From positions 2,336,001-2,400,000 of the forward strand of contig OY969767.1 in the NCBI GenBank assembly GCA_963702895.1: a stretch of DNA of 64,000 nucleotides. Direction: 5' to 3'. Position 1 is the stretch's first letter. Each line of letters opens with the position of its first letter. The position numbers and the translations under genes are program-made. Below the pieces are notes generated by a model. That model searched no databases. It saw only the letters and a list, made by a program, of their open reading frames with translations, and was not told the origin of the DNA. The stretch is from an uncultured Elusimicrobia bacterium. GTDB lineage: Bacteria; Elusimicrobiota; Elusimicrobia; 2-01-FULL-59-12. Shown here piece after piece: positions 1 through 8,415 of the stretch.

Positions 1-1197
1 CTCGCCGGCATAGATGTCGTTATCTCGCACGGTGTTGTTGTCAGAATAATTCGCCGCCTGATTCGTCAGCCCGATACCGTAAAAGCCATGGTGCTGCATG
101 ACGTTGCCAAGGATCTGGTTAAAGTCAGACGCTTGAAGCAGGATGGCGCCGTCAGGGTGAGAGAAGAAATGATTGTTGATCAGCCGGTTGTTGTCAGAAT
201 TTGGCAGCAGTTCAATGCCCGAACTCTGCTGGTCATAGAAGACATTGCCGTTGATGAGACACCCGTCCGCGTTATCCAGCTGCAGCCCATCATCACCACC
301 GCGGAACGTGGAACTCGAAATGTCCGCCCGGGATCCCGCGCCGCTGATTGTGAGGCCCTGTTTGCCTGTCATGCCGGTGCCGAGGTCCTTGAACTCCGTG
401 GAAAAAGCGACAAAGTCTACCGGATTGGTGACGTAGCTGATCAGATAGGAAACATCGGCCGCGGGATTCGTCCCGGAGGAAGTGACCACCACGTTGCGGG
501 TGAGATTGCCTATCGAAAGCGGGAAGTCGGAGTTGGGATAGCTGGCGGTGAGGGCCGGGGAGAAATCAATGGAACCCGCCGCCATGGATACGATGGTCAC
601 GGCTTCCGTACCAATGACGATGGTGTCCCCAACAGACCAGTTCAAACCGGTGGTGTTCACGCTGATGGTGGTGTTGCCCGCCGAGACGCCGGCCAAGGCG
701 ATCGCCGCGGGCGCTTTGCTCGCGCCATAGGAGGTGAATTTTCCGCCCGTGTTGACGATCAGGCCGAATTGCCCGGCGGTGGTTCCCGCCGCCAGCACCA
801 ACTTCGCTTGATAGGCTGCGCTAATGGGCATCGCGCTGTATCCCATATCGAGCCATCCGCCTGAATTGACGGTGAGATCTCCGCCCACCAGGGTTAAAGA
901 ACTGCTTTGGATCCGGCTGAATGAAAGCCTGCCTTCCACCGTCATCGTGCTGGCCGTCGCGGTATTGATGTCCACGGTGACGGTATGACCGGCATTGATG
1001 ATGACCTGATCGGATGCGGTTGGCACCGTGGCGGGAGTCCACGTGCCGGGACTCGACCAGTTGCCGCTGGCATCGCTGGAAATCGCGGCCGAGGCGTTCC
1101 CGCACACAAGGACCAGGATCAAGAGGAGGAGCGCGCCCATGGCGGCCGCTCTGTTTCCCCTGTTCTCTATCCCCTGTCCCCTGTTTTTAATACGCAT
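1..1197 (-). CDS. Secreted/surface protein with G8-like N-terminal domain and parallel beta-helix repeats (partial, runs off left edge)
   Basis: Not in the ORF track; read by hand. Open frame from ATG 1197 (overlapping the upstream stop) or ATG 1140. Hydrophobic signal (MGALLLLILVLVCGNASA), then SGNWSSPGTW...VPTASDQVII.AGHTVTVD (G8-like), LTRNVVV, then Asn-rich PbH1-like repeats. Confidence 0.8.
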   Translation of the reverse strand, partial: MRIKNRGQGIENRGNRAAAMGALLLLILVLVCGNASAAISSDASGNWSSPGTWTPATVPTASDQVIINAGHTVTVDINTATASTMTVEGRLSFSRIQSSSLTLVGGDLTVNSGGWLDMGYSAMPISAAYQAKLVLAAGTTAGQFGLIVNTGGKFTSYGASKAPAAIALAGVSAGNTTISVNTTGLNWSVGDTIVIGTEAVTIVSMAAGSIDFSPALTASYPNSDFPLSIGNLTRNVVVTSSGTNPAADVSYLISYVTNPVDFVAFSTEFKDLGTGMTGKQGLTISGAGSRADISSSTFRGGDDGLQLDNADGCLINGNVFYDQQSSGIELLPNSDNNRLINNHFFSHPDGAILLQASDFNQILGNVMQHHGFYGIGLTNQAANYSDNNTVRDNDIYAGE

Positions 1198-2506
1198 AGC
1201 TGAATCCCATCAAATAGTTCTGTGAGTTAAAGTGATACTGATACAGTTGGCTGTACGTGTTGTTGGAATCACTCCACCCAAAGCCCGAGGTCGCCTTGAC
1301 CTGGAAGTTCCGAGCGATGGGGTATGACACCGTGAGCCCCGCGCTCACGTAATCCACGTCAGTCGTGTCGGTCCCATAGGCCCCGGAACTGTCTTGCACG
1401 AGCCTGTCCGTATAGCTTTGACGTGAGACCGCGCCGCTCACGTTCACCGTCAACGGAGCAGGCCCAAGCAGAAGAGTCCAGTCATTCTTCAGAGCGTTGG
1501 TCACGTAGGAGTAATAATTCGGGTTGTAGAACGTGCGTGAGGCGTCATAGTGGTTCTGATTGGAGAAGAGGTGTGTGCGGCTGTACCCCAGCGAAGAGAA
1601 GATCCGGAACCCCAGGCCGTCCAAGATCGGCCACGTTCCCATGAGGGAGAGCGTCTCGATGCGGTCATCCCGAAGATCCGCGACGAGGCTTCCGGAGGCA
1701 TCCACGAGGTGTTGGTCAGGAAACGACGTCCAGGTATTCGAAAACGCCGCCTCAAGCAACCCATTTCCAGGAACGGTGAATTGGGACCCCAAGGTGAGCA
1801 TGTGGTTTTGGGTGTTGTGCACGTCCGGCGCGTTGAATTCCCTCCCCTGACCCACAGAAGCCGCCTCTGAGGAAAGGCTCTGATAATTGGGGAAATCAAT
1901 CCTAAAGTAGTCATAAGCGAAGCGGACGAAATTGTCTTTCTTCCAGAACCACTCGGATTCGGCGCCTGCGGAGAGGCGCCGGTTGTCATAGAGACCGTCT
2001 CCCCAGTCTTCATCCTCTGTTTCGCGTAAGAATTCGGAACCATAGCCGGTGACGGCCTTGAGCCTTAGGCCATTCTCGAAAGAACGGATCCCCTTCACCG
2101 ATATATTGTGGTTCTGAGAATCTTGGAACAGGGTTCCTCCACCGATCAAGTCCTGGACTTGCTTGGTTCCCTGATACACGCCGCTGTATAAAGGAACGAG
2201 ACTCCACTGGTCGTTGAATTTCATGAAGGGAGAGGCGATCAGCGACGCGAAGCCGCCAAAGGAGCTCTCGGCCCCTTGGTAAAAGTCCTGCCCGCCTAAA
2301 AGTTGCGCCTGAACCACCGGTTTCACCTCAACGGCCATGGCCGCATTTGCGAACACAAAGACACTGGCTGTCACCCCGGCGAACGCCGGGGTCCATCGAT
2401 TACATCTATGATGGATTCCGTCCCCATCCTTAGATCTCAGAGGAAGGGACAGTCCCCCGGACGTAAGGGGGACGGCTTTCGCCGGAATGACGTCACGACT
2501 CATCAT
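1187..2506 (-). CDS. Probable outer-membrane beta-barrel protein; N-terminus carries an in-frame palindromic repeat
   Basis: Alternating aromatic beta-strand pattern; C-terminal GFSYAY; start overlaps the stop of the FecR gene. Confidence 0.65.
   Translation of the reverse strand: MMSRDVIPAKAVPLTSGGLSLPLRSKDGDGIHHRCNRWTPAFAGVTASVFVFANAAMAVEVKPVVQAQLLGGQDFYQGAESSFGGFASLIASPFMKFNDQWSLVPLYSGVYQGTKQVQDLIGGGTLFQDSQNHNISVKGIRSFENGLRLKAVTGYGSEFLRETEDEDWGDGLYDNRRLSAGAESEWFWKKDNFVRFAYDYFRIDFPNYQSLSSEAASVGQGREFNAPDVHNTQNHMLTLGSQFTVPGNGLLEAAFSNTWTSFPDQHLVDASGSLVADLRDDRIETLSLMGTWPILDGLGFRIFSSLGYSRTHLFSNQNHYDASRTFYNPNYYSYVTNALKNDWTLLLGPAPLTVNVSGAVSRQSYTDRLVQDSSGAYGTDTTDVDYVSAGLTVSYPIARNFQVKATSGFGWSDSNNTYSQLYQYHFNSQNYLMGFSYAY
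2370..2491. repeat. Family A double-hairpin palindromic element (RPE-like), in frame, containing nested 52-bp element at 2421-2472
   Basis: GTCACCCCGGC...GCCGGGGTCCATC...GATGGATTCC[insert]GGC...GCCGGAATGAC; translates as VIPAKA[VPLTSGGLSLPLRSKDGDG]IHH..WTPAFAGVT. Confidence 0.9.
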
Positions 2507-4173
2507 TGAATCAATCCGCTCTTGATGAAGATCTTGGGTTCGACCACCAGGTCGATTTTCCGTCCCTCAAATTCTGTCGCCGTGATTTGCTGCTCGTAAT
2601 TCCACTTCAAAAGCTCTTCCTTATATTGGGCCCCGGTGGAGGCGCCCGAAAAAGCGCTCAAGGGGGCGATGGCCCCGCTGTCGTCAATGAGGACCGTGCG
2701 GTAGCTCTCGAACGTTCCATCGCCGTAATAATGGGTGACCGTCGCGTCGATATTGTTCGCGTCGACCGAGACCACCGGCAGGACAAAGCCGCCGGCGTAA
2801 TTCCAGGTCGCATCCAGGGGGTTCGCCAGGGTGTTGGCCGCACCGGACTTCGTGTAGTTGATCTTGGTGACGTCATTGATCGCGTGGGTGTAGCTGTTGA
2901 ACCGGCCCTTCCAGAATGTGTCGCCACTCGAAAGATTTTTGAAACTGTCACTCTCGGGCACAAAGACCCCAATCTGGGTGGCGCTGGGCAACTGGGCCTC
3001 CGTCACGGTGGAGAAGCTGTCCGCGAGAGGGTGATAAACCTTGTAGGTCCCATCGAGCTGGAGCTCCGAAGCGGCGACGGTCCTCGTATTGGTCGGATCC
3101 GCGGCATCGGTGAGAACGTAATTGCCGGAGCCGTCGACCTCAATTTTCACAAGATGCCCGCCCGTCGCTGTATCGTGGATGGAATCACGGGTATTGGACT
3201 GCCCCATCTCATAGGAGGTGAGGAAGTAGTCGGGAGCGGTCTCGCCGAGTTTTCCGGACAGGTCTTTGAGGGCAACCGAGAGATCCACGGGCAGGGGTTG
3301 ATTGAACGTTCCTTTATAGAAGTAATAATCGAGCTGGTCATTGCGCTCGTTCAGAACAACAAATTTGAAAGAGTCCGGCGTGGTCCGGACGATGTACTCA
3401 TCGAGCCTGACGCGGCGGCCTTCCACGTCGACGAGGCTTTTCCCCTCCGTATAGTCCGCGTAGCGCCGCTCCATCGCCGCGGCCGCGATCACGGCATTGC
3501 GGTCCATGTCGAGCCCGACTTCATGCCTGGCCTCATGGGCGAGCGCATTGTCAGTCTTTTTCCGCGTGTCCTGCGGGATGGGCCGAGGCCGTTCAATTGA
3601 TCCGTTCCTGACGCTGGTCATTTGGCCCGCGGGAACCCTGATTTCATCCTGCGTTCCCGGGATGGCGACCCCCACCACCCCGTGATAAACAGAGACCAGA
3701 GTCCCCCCGTCCCCTGTTACCGTGTCAAATTCGGTCCCGCGCACGGCGCAAACGGCGGTCGGCGTTTGGACGGAGAATTTCTCCAGACCTTTTAGTGTTT
3801 TGACCTTGGAGATGAGGCGGCCTTTGTCCAGATAGGCTTTCGTATCTCCGTCTTGCAGTGACTTGAATTGAAGGCTGGAGTCCGCTTTGACGACGAAATG
3901 ATGACCTTCCGCCGTCACGATGTCGACGGTTGAGTGAGATCCCGTGCGGAAGATGGACCCCTCTTCCACCCGTTCTCCGGGGGAAACCACGCGCCACTGA
4001 AGAGCGCCCGGCGCGCGCATGTCGACCGTGCCCCGCACATCATCCACTTTGGCGGAGGCCGCAAAGCTCGCCGCCGCGGGGGATAAGCCCAGACATAAAA
4101 AAAGCAAGCGCTTCACCCAAAAAGCGGCGAATCGCTTGCGCCGAACTTCCGATACCTTTAAAGATGCCCTCAT
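2503..4173 (-). CDS. FecR-domain secreted protein with large C-terminal domain of unknown function
   Basis: Signal peptide; FecR-type motif FSVQTPTAVCAVRGTEF...VSVYHGVV. Confidence 0.8.
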   Translation of the reverse strand: MRASLKVSEVRRKRFAAFWVKRLLFLCLGLSPAAASFAASAKVDDVRGTVDMRAPGALQWRVVSPGERVEEGSIFRTGSHSTVDIVTAEGHHFVVKADSSLQFKSLQDGDTKAYLDKGRLISKVKTLKGLEKFSVQTPTAVCAVRGTEFDTVTGDGGTLVSVYHGVVGVAIPGTQDEIRVPAGQMTSVRNGSIERPRPIPQDTRKKTDNALAHEARHEVGLDMDRNAVIAAAAMERRYADYTEGKSLVDVEGRRVRLDEYIVRTTPDSFKFVVLNERNDQLDYYFYKGTFNQPLPVDLSVALKDLSGKLGETAPDYFLTSYEMGQSNTRDSIHDTATGGHLVKIEVDGSGNYVLTDAADPTNTRTVAASELQLDGTYKVYHPLADSFSTVTEAQLPSATQIGVFVPESDSFKNLSSGDTFWKGRFNSYTHAINDVTKINYTKSGAANTLANPLDATWNYAGGFVLPVVSVDANNIDATVTHYYGDGTFESYRTVLIDDSGAIAPLSAFSGASTGAQYKEELLKWNYEQQITATEFEGRKIDLVVEPKIFIKSGLIQ

Positions 4174-4310
4174 ACTGATTTGGCAGCCCCACTATCCCCG
4201 ATCCAGGGACTGGAAGCTTTGCGTACACACCCTTGTTGCCAACCCGCCGTGACTGCACCGGAGGGCCCGCCAGCGTCTCCATGGCGGGGGGGTAGCCTTT
4301 AACAATCAGT
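4174..4310 (-). ncRNA. c-di-GMP-I (GEMM) riboswitch variant with enlarged P2
   Basis: Minus strand: P1 ACUGAUU/AAUCAGU, G-UUAAA-GGC junction, ACGCAAAGCUUCCAGUC...GAUAGUGGGGCUGCC matching the GEMM 3' half; ends directly at ATG 4173. Confidence 0.8.
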
Positions 4311-4315
4311 GGGAC

Positions 4316-4345
4316 ATGTTTAGCGCGGAATCAGAGGTTCGTCAA
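4316..4345 (-). promoter_or_regulatory. Putative sigma70 promoter for the riboswitch-led operon
   Basis: TTGACG-17 bp-TAAACA(T); predicted start near 4310, the 5' end of P1. Confidence 0.55.
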
Positions 4346-4432
4346 CGAAGAACTTTTCACGTAAATTCGTGTTAAAAGTGATTTCCCCACCCTTGTCGAG
4401 AGAAGCGGTTCTACGCCTTAAAATAAGGGGGT

Positions 4433-5404
4433 TTATCGAAACTCGAAGCGCAGTCCAAAGGCGGCGGCCATGTTATTGTGGTTAGCGAACTCACCATGAA
4501 GGCCCAGCTTCAGGAAGGGTAAAACGGTGATCTCAAGCCCGACTAGCGCGCGCAGGTCCGTATCTTCCACATCGCGGCTCGCCGTCCCAACCGTGTCCAG
4601 GGTCGTACTGGTGGGCGTCCCAGCGACAGAGGTAATCGTCCCAGTATTGGTGATGGAAGTACTCACTGACCCAAAATTCATATTCGCCGATGCGCCCACG
4701 TAGGGATTGAAGATCGTGATCTTCTTATTCAGAACGGCCTGGAGGCCGAAGCTCGTCGTATCCCATTGCGAACGCGTGGACCCCTCAGCATTCGATAAGA
4801 CCACGTCCGACGGGATCGTTGGATCATAGGGGGTCGTCGCGTCAAGATGACCCTTGGCATGAGTGAAATTGGCTCCCAGGGTTAGCCCAAAAGGGCGGGT
4901 GATGCCTTCCTCGATGAGATTCTTGCGGACATCCACCCCGAAAATAGTGTTTCCAATACTCGTATGGGTCGTCCCTTCATCGTGGCTGTAGGAGGGAATG
5001 CCGCCAAAGCGCACGCCCGTATCAAGCCCCCAAGGTAAGCCGATTTTAGCGTGGCCGATGATGGCGGGCATAGGGAAACGGTCTTGGACATCAATCAGGC
5101 CTGTGTCGACTACGGAGGTGCCAAGATTTCGCAGACCATCGATGTCCGCTTTCGTCCCTGATACAACGGCTTCCACGCCGAATTCAAAACCCAACATTTT
5201 GAGCTGCGTCGGCATGACATTGCCGGAGGTGGAATTAAAAGGAACGGCAACTTTGAGCTGATCGCTGATCCAGCCGCTCAGGAGCACGGAATCCGCCGTA
5301 ATCGCGTCAATGGCCTCTTCTGGCGTGGTCGGAGGAGCGGCAAGGGCGCTTCCTGATAAGAGACTCGCGACACATCCTAGGGCAAATAATTTTTCCAGTC
5401 TCAT
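4433..5404 (-). CDS. Probable outer-membrane beta-barrel protein (DUF6588-like)
   Basis: Signal peptide, GGAGG RBS, KIGLPWGLD motif, C-terminal GLRFEFR strand. Confidence 0.6.
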   Translation of the reverse strand: MRLEKLFALGCVASLLSGSALAAPPTTPEEAIDAITADSVLLSGWISDQLKVAVPFNSTSGNVMPTQLKMLGFEFGVEAVVSGTKADIDGLRNLGTSVVDTGLIDVQDRFPMPAIIGHAKIGLPWGLDTGVRFGGIPSYSHDEGTTHTSIGNTIFGVDVRKNLIEEGITRPFGLTLGANFTHAKGHLDATTPYDPTIPSDVVLSNAEGSTRSQWDTTSFGLQAVLNKKITIFNPYVGASANMNFGSVSTSITNTGTITSVAGTPTSTTLDTVGTASRDVEDTDLRALVGLEITVLPFLKLGLHGEFANHNNMAAAFGLRFEFR

Positions 5405-5415
5405 GGTGATCCTCC

Positions 5416-6186
5416 CTATGCGTTTCTTTCCCAGAGTATCCGAAGGCCCTCCAAGGTCAAATCCGGGACGATACGGGGCCGGGCCTTCAAGTGGGGGCCG
5501 ATGACCGAGGAAAGCCCTCCAGTGACAAGGACGAGCGGCCGACTGCCCATTTCCGCTGTTAAGCGTTGTAAAAGACCCTCAATGAGGGAAATATAGCCCC
5601 AAAAAAGACCACTCTGCAAGCTTTCTTTTGTGGTCCTGCCGATCGCCCTCATGGGAACTGCCTGGAAGGTGACGCGCGGCAGCTTCGCCGTATGCGTCGC
5701 CAGCCATTCGCCAGCGAGTTCCAGCCCTGGACAAATCGCGCCGCCCAGGTATTCTCCCTTGGCCGTGATGCAGTCGAATGTTGTCGCTGTTCCAAAATCA
5801 ACCACAATGGCCGGCTTCCTATATAAGGCATGCACCGCAACGGCATTGACAAGACGATCGGCCCCCACTTCTTCTGGGTATCGATACAGGTTCTTAATGC
5901 CGAGATGGGTCTTGGGCCCAACGACCAGGGGCGTTTGACGAAGGTAGGTCCGCGACATCACGCGAAAAGGCTCATCCAAGGAAGGAACAACGCTCGCCAT
6001 GCTCACACCCTGGATTTTGGAAACGTCGAGGTTGCGGGTCGCCAGAAGACTCAAGAAATGCACGCCCAACTCATCGGAGGTGTAATGACGGTTTGTGTTG
6101 AGGCGCCAGGTGTGTCGGAGCGCTCTCTTTTGAAAGAAACCGACGGTGATGTGGGTGTTGCCGATGTCAACCGCCAGCAGTGTCAT
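5416..6186 (-). CDS. coaX: Type III pantothenate kinase
   Basis: AVDIGNT, SVVP, GADR, VDFGTATT, GGAICPG, TGG motifs. Confidence 0.95.
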   Translation of the reverse strand: MTLLAVDIGNTHITVGFFQKRALRHTWRLNTNRHYTSDELGVHFLSLLATRNLDVSKIQGVSMASVVPSLDEPFRVMSRTYLRQTPLVVGPKTHLGIKNLYRYPEEVGADRLVNAVAVHALYRKPAIVVDFGTATTFDCITAKGEYLGGAICPGLELAGEWLATHTAKLPRVTFQAVPMRAIGRTTKESLQSGLFWGYISLIEGLLQRLTAEMGSRPLVLVTGGLSSVIGPHLKARPRIVPDLTLEGLRILWERNA

Positions 6187-6272
6187 AAAGCCGTGTCGGG
6201 GTAACGGTGTAACGGGGTGTCGGGGTCACAGCCTTGACTCCGATACTCCGATCCCCCGATACTCCGATACAT
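6183..6272 (-). repeat. Inverted octamer tandem-repeat hairpin, also a 29-codon mini-ORF bridging mdh and coaX
   Basis: GTRWCGGG-type units at 6192-6226 face TACTCCGA-type units at 6237-6270; ATG 6272 to TGA 6183 overlaps the coaX ATG. Confidence 0.8.
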
Positions 6273-6275
6273 ACC

Positions 6276-7202
6276 TTAGAGTCCCGTCAGGGACTGCAGC
6301 TCCCGAACGGATTCCGCCGACTTCTTGAGGGCGGCGAGCTCTTCCGTCTGGAGTTTCAGAGGAATGATTTGCTCCAGGCCCTTGGCTCCGAGCTTCACAG
6401 GCACGCCAACATAAACGTCTTTTAGCCCAAATTCTCCCTCGAGCCAGACCGCACAGGGGAGAATTTGCTTCTTGTCGTAGAGAATCGCTTCGGCCATTTG
6501 CACGGCGGCGGCGCTCGGAGCGTAGAACGCGCTGCCGGTTTTCAAGAGCCCCACAATCTCCGCTCCGCCATTGGCTGTTCGCTTCACGATCGCGTCGATT
6601 TTTTCCTTGGGGAGGATCTCCGTAATCGGCACGCCGCTCACCGTCGTATAGCGCGGCAGCGGCACCATGGTGTCCCCGTGGCCGCCCAGCACAAAAGCAT
6701 TCACGTTTTTCACGGAAGTCTTGAGTTCCTGGGCGATGAACGTCGCCATGCGGGCGGAATCAAGCACCCCGGCCATGCCGATCACGCGCTCCCGGGGAAA
6801 ACCCGTGACCTGTTTCATGACATAACACATGGCATCCAGCGGGTTGGACACGACGATCACCAAGGCGTCGGGGGAGGTCTTTTTGATTTGTTCCGCTACC
6901 GCTTTGACGATGCCGGTGTTGGTTTTCAGTAAATCGTCACGGCTCATTCCGGGTTTCCTGGCAATGCCGGCGGTCACAATAAAGAGGTCAGAGCCTGCGG
7001 TGGGTCCGTAGTCGTTGGCTCCGGTGATCTGGGCATCCGAGCCCACGATCGGACCCACCTGCATCAAATCGAGAGCTTTGCCCTGGGGCATCCCCTCCAG
7101 CACGTCGACCAAAACAACATCGAAGCTTCCCTTTGGGGCAAGCCACGCAGCCGCGCTCGCGCCGACATGGCCGGCGCCCACAACGGTAATTTTCTTTTTC
7201 AC
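6276..7202 (-). CDS. mdh: Malate dehydrogenase (LDH-like)
   Basis: [31 protein letters not shown] motifs. Confidence 0.97.
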   Translation of the reverse strand: MKKKITVVGAGHVGASAAAWLAPKGSFDVVLVDVLEGMPQGKALDLMQVGPIVGSDAQITGANDYGPTAGSDLFIVTAGIARKPGMSRDDLLKTNTGIVKAVAEQIKKTSPDALVIVVSNPLDAMCYVMKQVTGFPRERVIGMAGVLDSARMATFIAQELKTSVKNVNAFVLGGHGDTMVPLPRYTTVSGVPITEILPKEKIDAIVKRTANGGAEIVGLLKTGSAFYAPSAAAVQMAEAILYDKKQILPCAVWLEGEFGLKDVYVGVPVKLGAKGLEQIIPLKLQTEELAALKKSAESVRELQSLTGL

Positions 7203-7235
7203 GTACAGGGATTATATCAGGCGTTCGAGACGGAT

Positions 7236-8411
7236 TTAAGCGGCTTTGGCTTCCTCGATGCGAAGGATATCGAGGTAGGCTTTGGCCACCTCGGGATGGA
7301 ACTTCCTGCCGGACTGTTCGCCGAGGATCGCCTGGATTTGCTCGGGAGCGTAGCCGTTCATGCGCATCTCTTCACTCTGCTCGATAATCGAGAGAATGTG
7401 GCCGCCCAGAGGGATCTCCTCCCCCTTGAGCCCTCTGGGAAATCCCGAGCCATCAAAACATTCATGATGAAACTGGATGAGGCCAGCGGCGCCCTTTAAA
7501 ATATCGATGCCTTTGATCATGTCTGCGCCAATCATGGGGTGTGTTTGCTCCATATGGGGTGTTTCCATGATCAGGATTCGGGACATGTTCCATTCCCCCG
7601 TGACCTTCAGGAACCCGACATCATGCAGAAGCGCGGAGTAGTAGAGGTCCTTGAGGACTTGCCCCTCAAGACCCAGCTTGCGTCCAAGCGTCGTGGCTCT
7701 TTGGGCAAAGCGCCAGCAGTGGCCCGCCATGCGCGAGTCGCGGGCCTCAATAGCGCTGATTAAGATCTCGATGGTGTTGGAATAAAAGTTGCGGAATCCT
7801 CCGACCACGCGCGCGTTGGCGATGGCGAGGGCCGCCAAGCTCGCCAAGCTCTCGAGAAGCGCTTTGTCCGCTTCCGAAAAGCCGTCCGTGGACTTTTTAT
7901 TGAGGACTTCCACGACGCCCACCAGGTCCCCCCCCGCCATCATGGGAACGCACAAGAGCGATCTCGTTTTAAATCCGGAGGACTGATCGTGTTGCCCGGT
8001 AAAGCGGGGGTCTTGGGTGACGTCATTGACGAGCACGGTGTCCCGGTTTTGAGCGACCCATCCCGCGATGCCCTCCCCGACCTTAATGCGGAACTTGGTG
8101 ACCATTCCTCCTCGTTCCCCCGTGGCCACTTTGAAGAAGAGATGATGCTGGTCTTCATCGAGGAGCATAATGGAGGAGGCTTCACACAAAAACATTTGTT
8201 CCGCGGACTGTCCGATCCGCTTGAGGAGCGCATCGACATCCAGGGTGGAGGCCAGGCCCTTCGCCAGGGCAAAGAGCTCCTTCACAAAGTTTTCTTCCCC
8301 TGTCGCCGACCAACCCTCCGCGCCTGAAGGAGCCCCGCAACGATGGCAGAACCGCGCTTCCGGCGCGAGCTCCTTTTTACAGTGATTGCAGCTGATGAGG
8401 GCGTGGTCCAT
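7236..8411 (-). CDS. Zinc-ribbon + GAF + HD-GYP-type phosphohydrolase
   Basis: CxxC..CxxCG; GAF (GEGIAGWVA, TRSLLCVP); LLHDVG; HHECFDGSGFPRGLKGEEIP (GFP in place of GYP). Confidence 0.9.
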   Translation of the reverse strand: MDHALISCNHCKKELAPEARFCHRCGAPSGAEGWSATGEENFVKELFALAKGLASTLDVDALLKRIGQSAEQMFLCEASSIMLLDEDQHHLFFKVATGERGGMVTKFRIKVGEGIAGWVAQNRDTVLVNDVTQDPRFTGQHDQSSGFKTRSLLCVPMMAGGDLVGVVEVLNKKSTDGFSEADKALLESLASLAALAIANARVVGGFRNFYSNTIEILISAIEARDSRMAGHCWRFAQRATTLGRKLGLEGQVLKDLYYSALLHDVGFLKVTGEWNMSRILIMETPHMEQTHPMIGADMIKGIDILKGAAGLIQFHHECFDGSGFPRGLKGEEIPLGGHILSIIEQSEEMRMNGYAPEQIQAILGEQSGRKFHPEVAKAYLDILRIEEAKAA

Positions 8412-8415
8412 GAGC

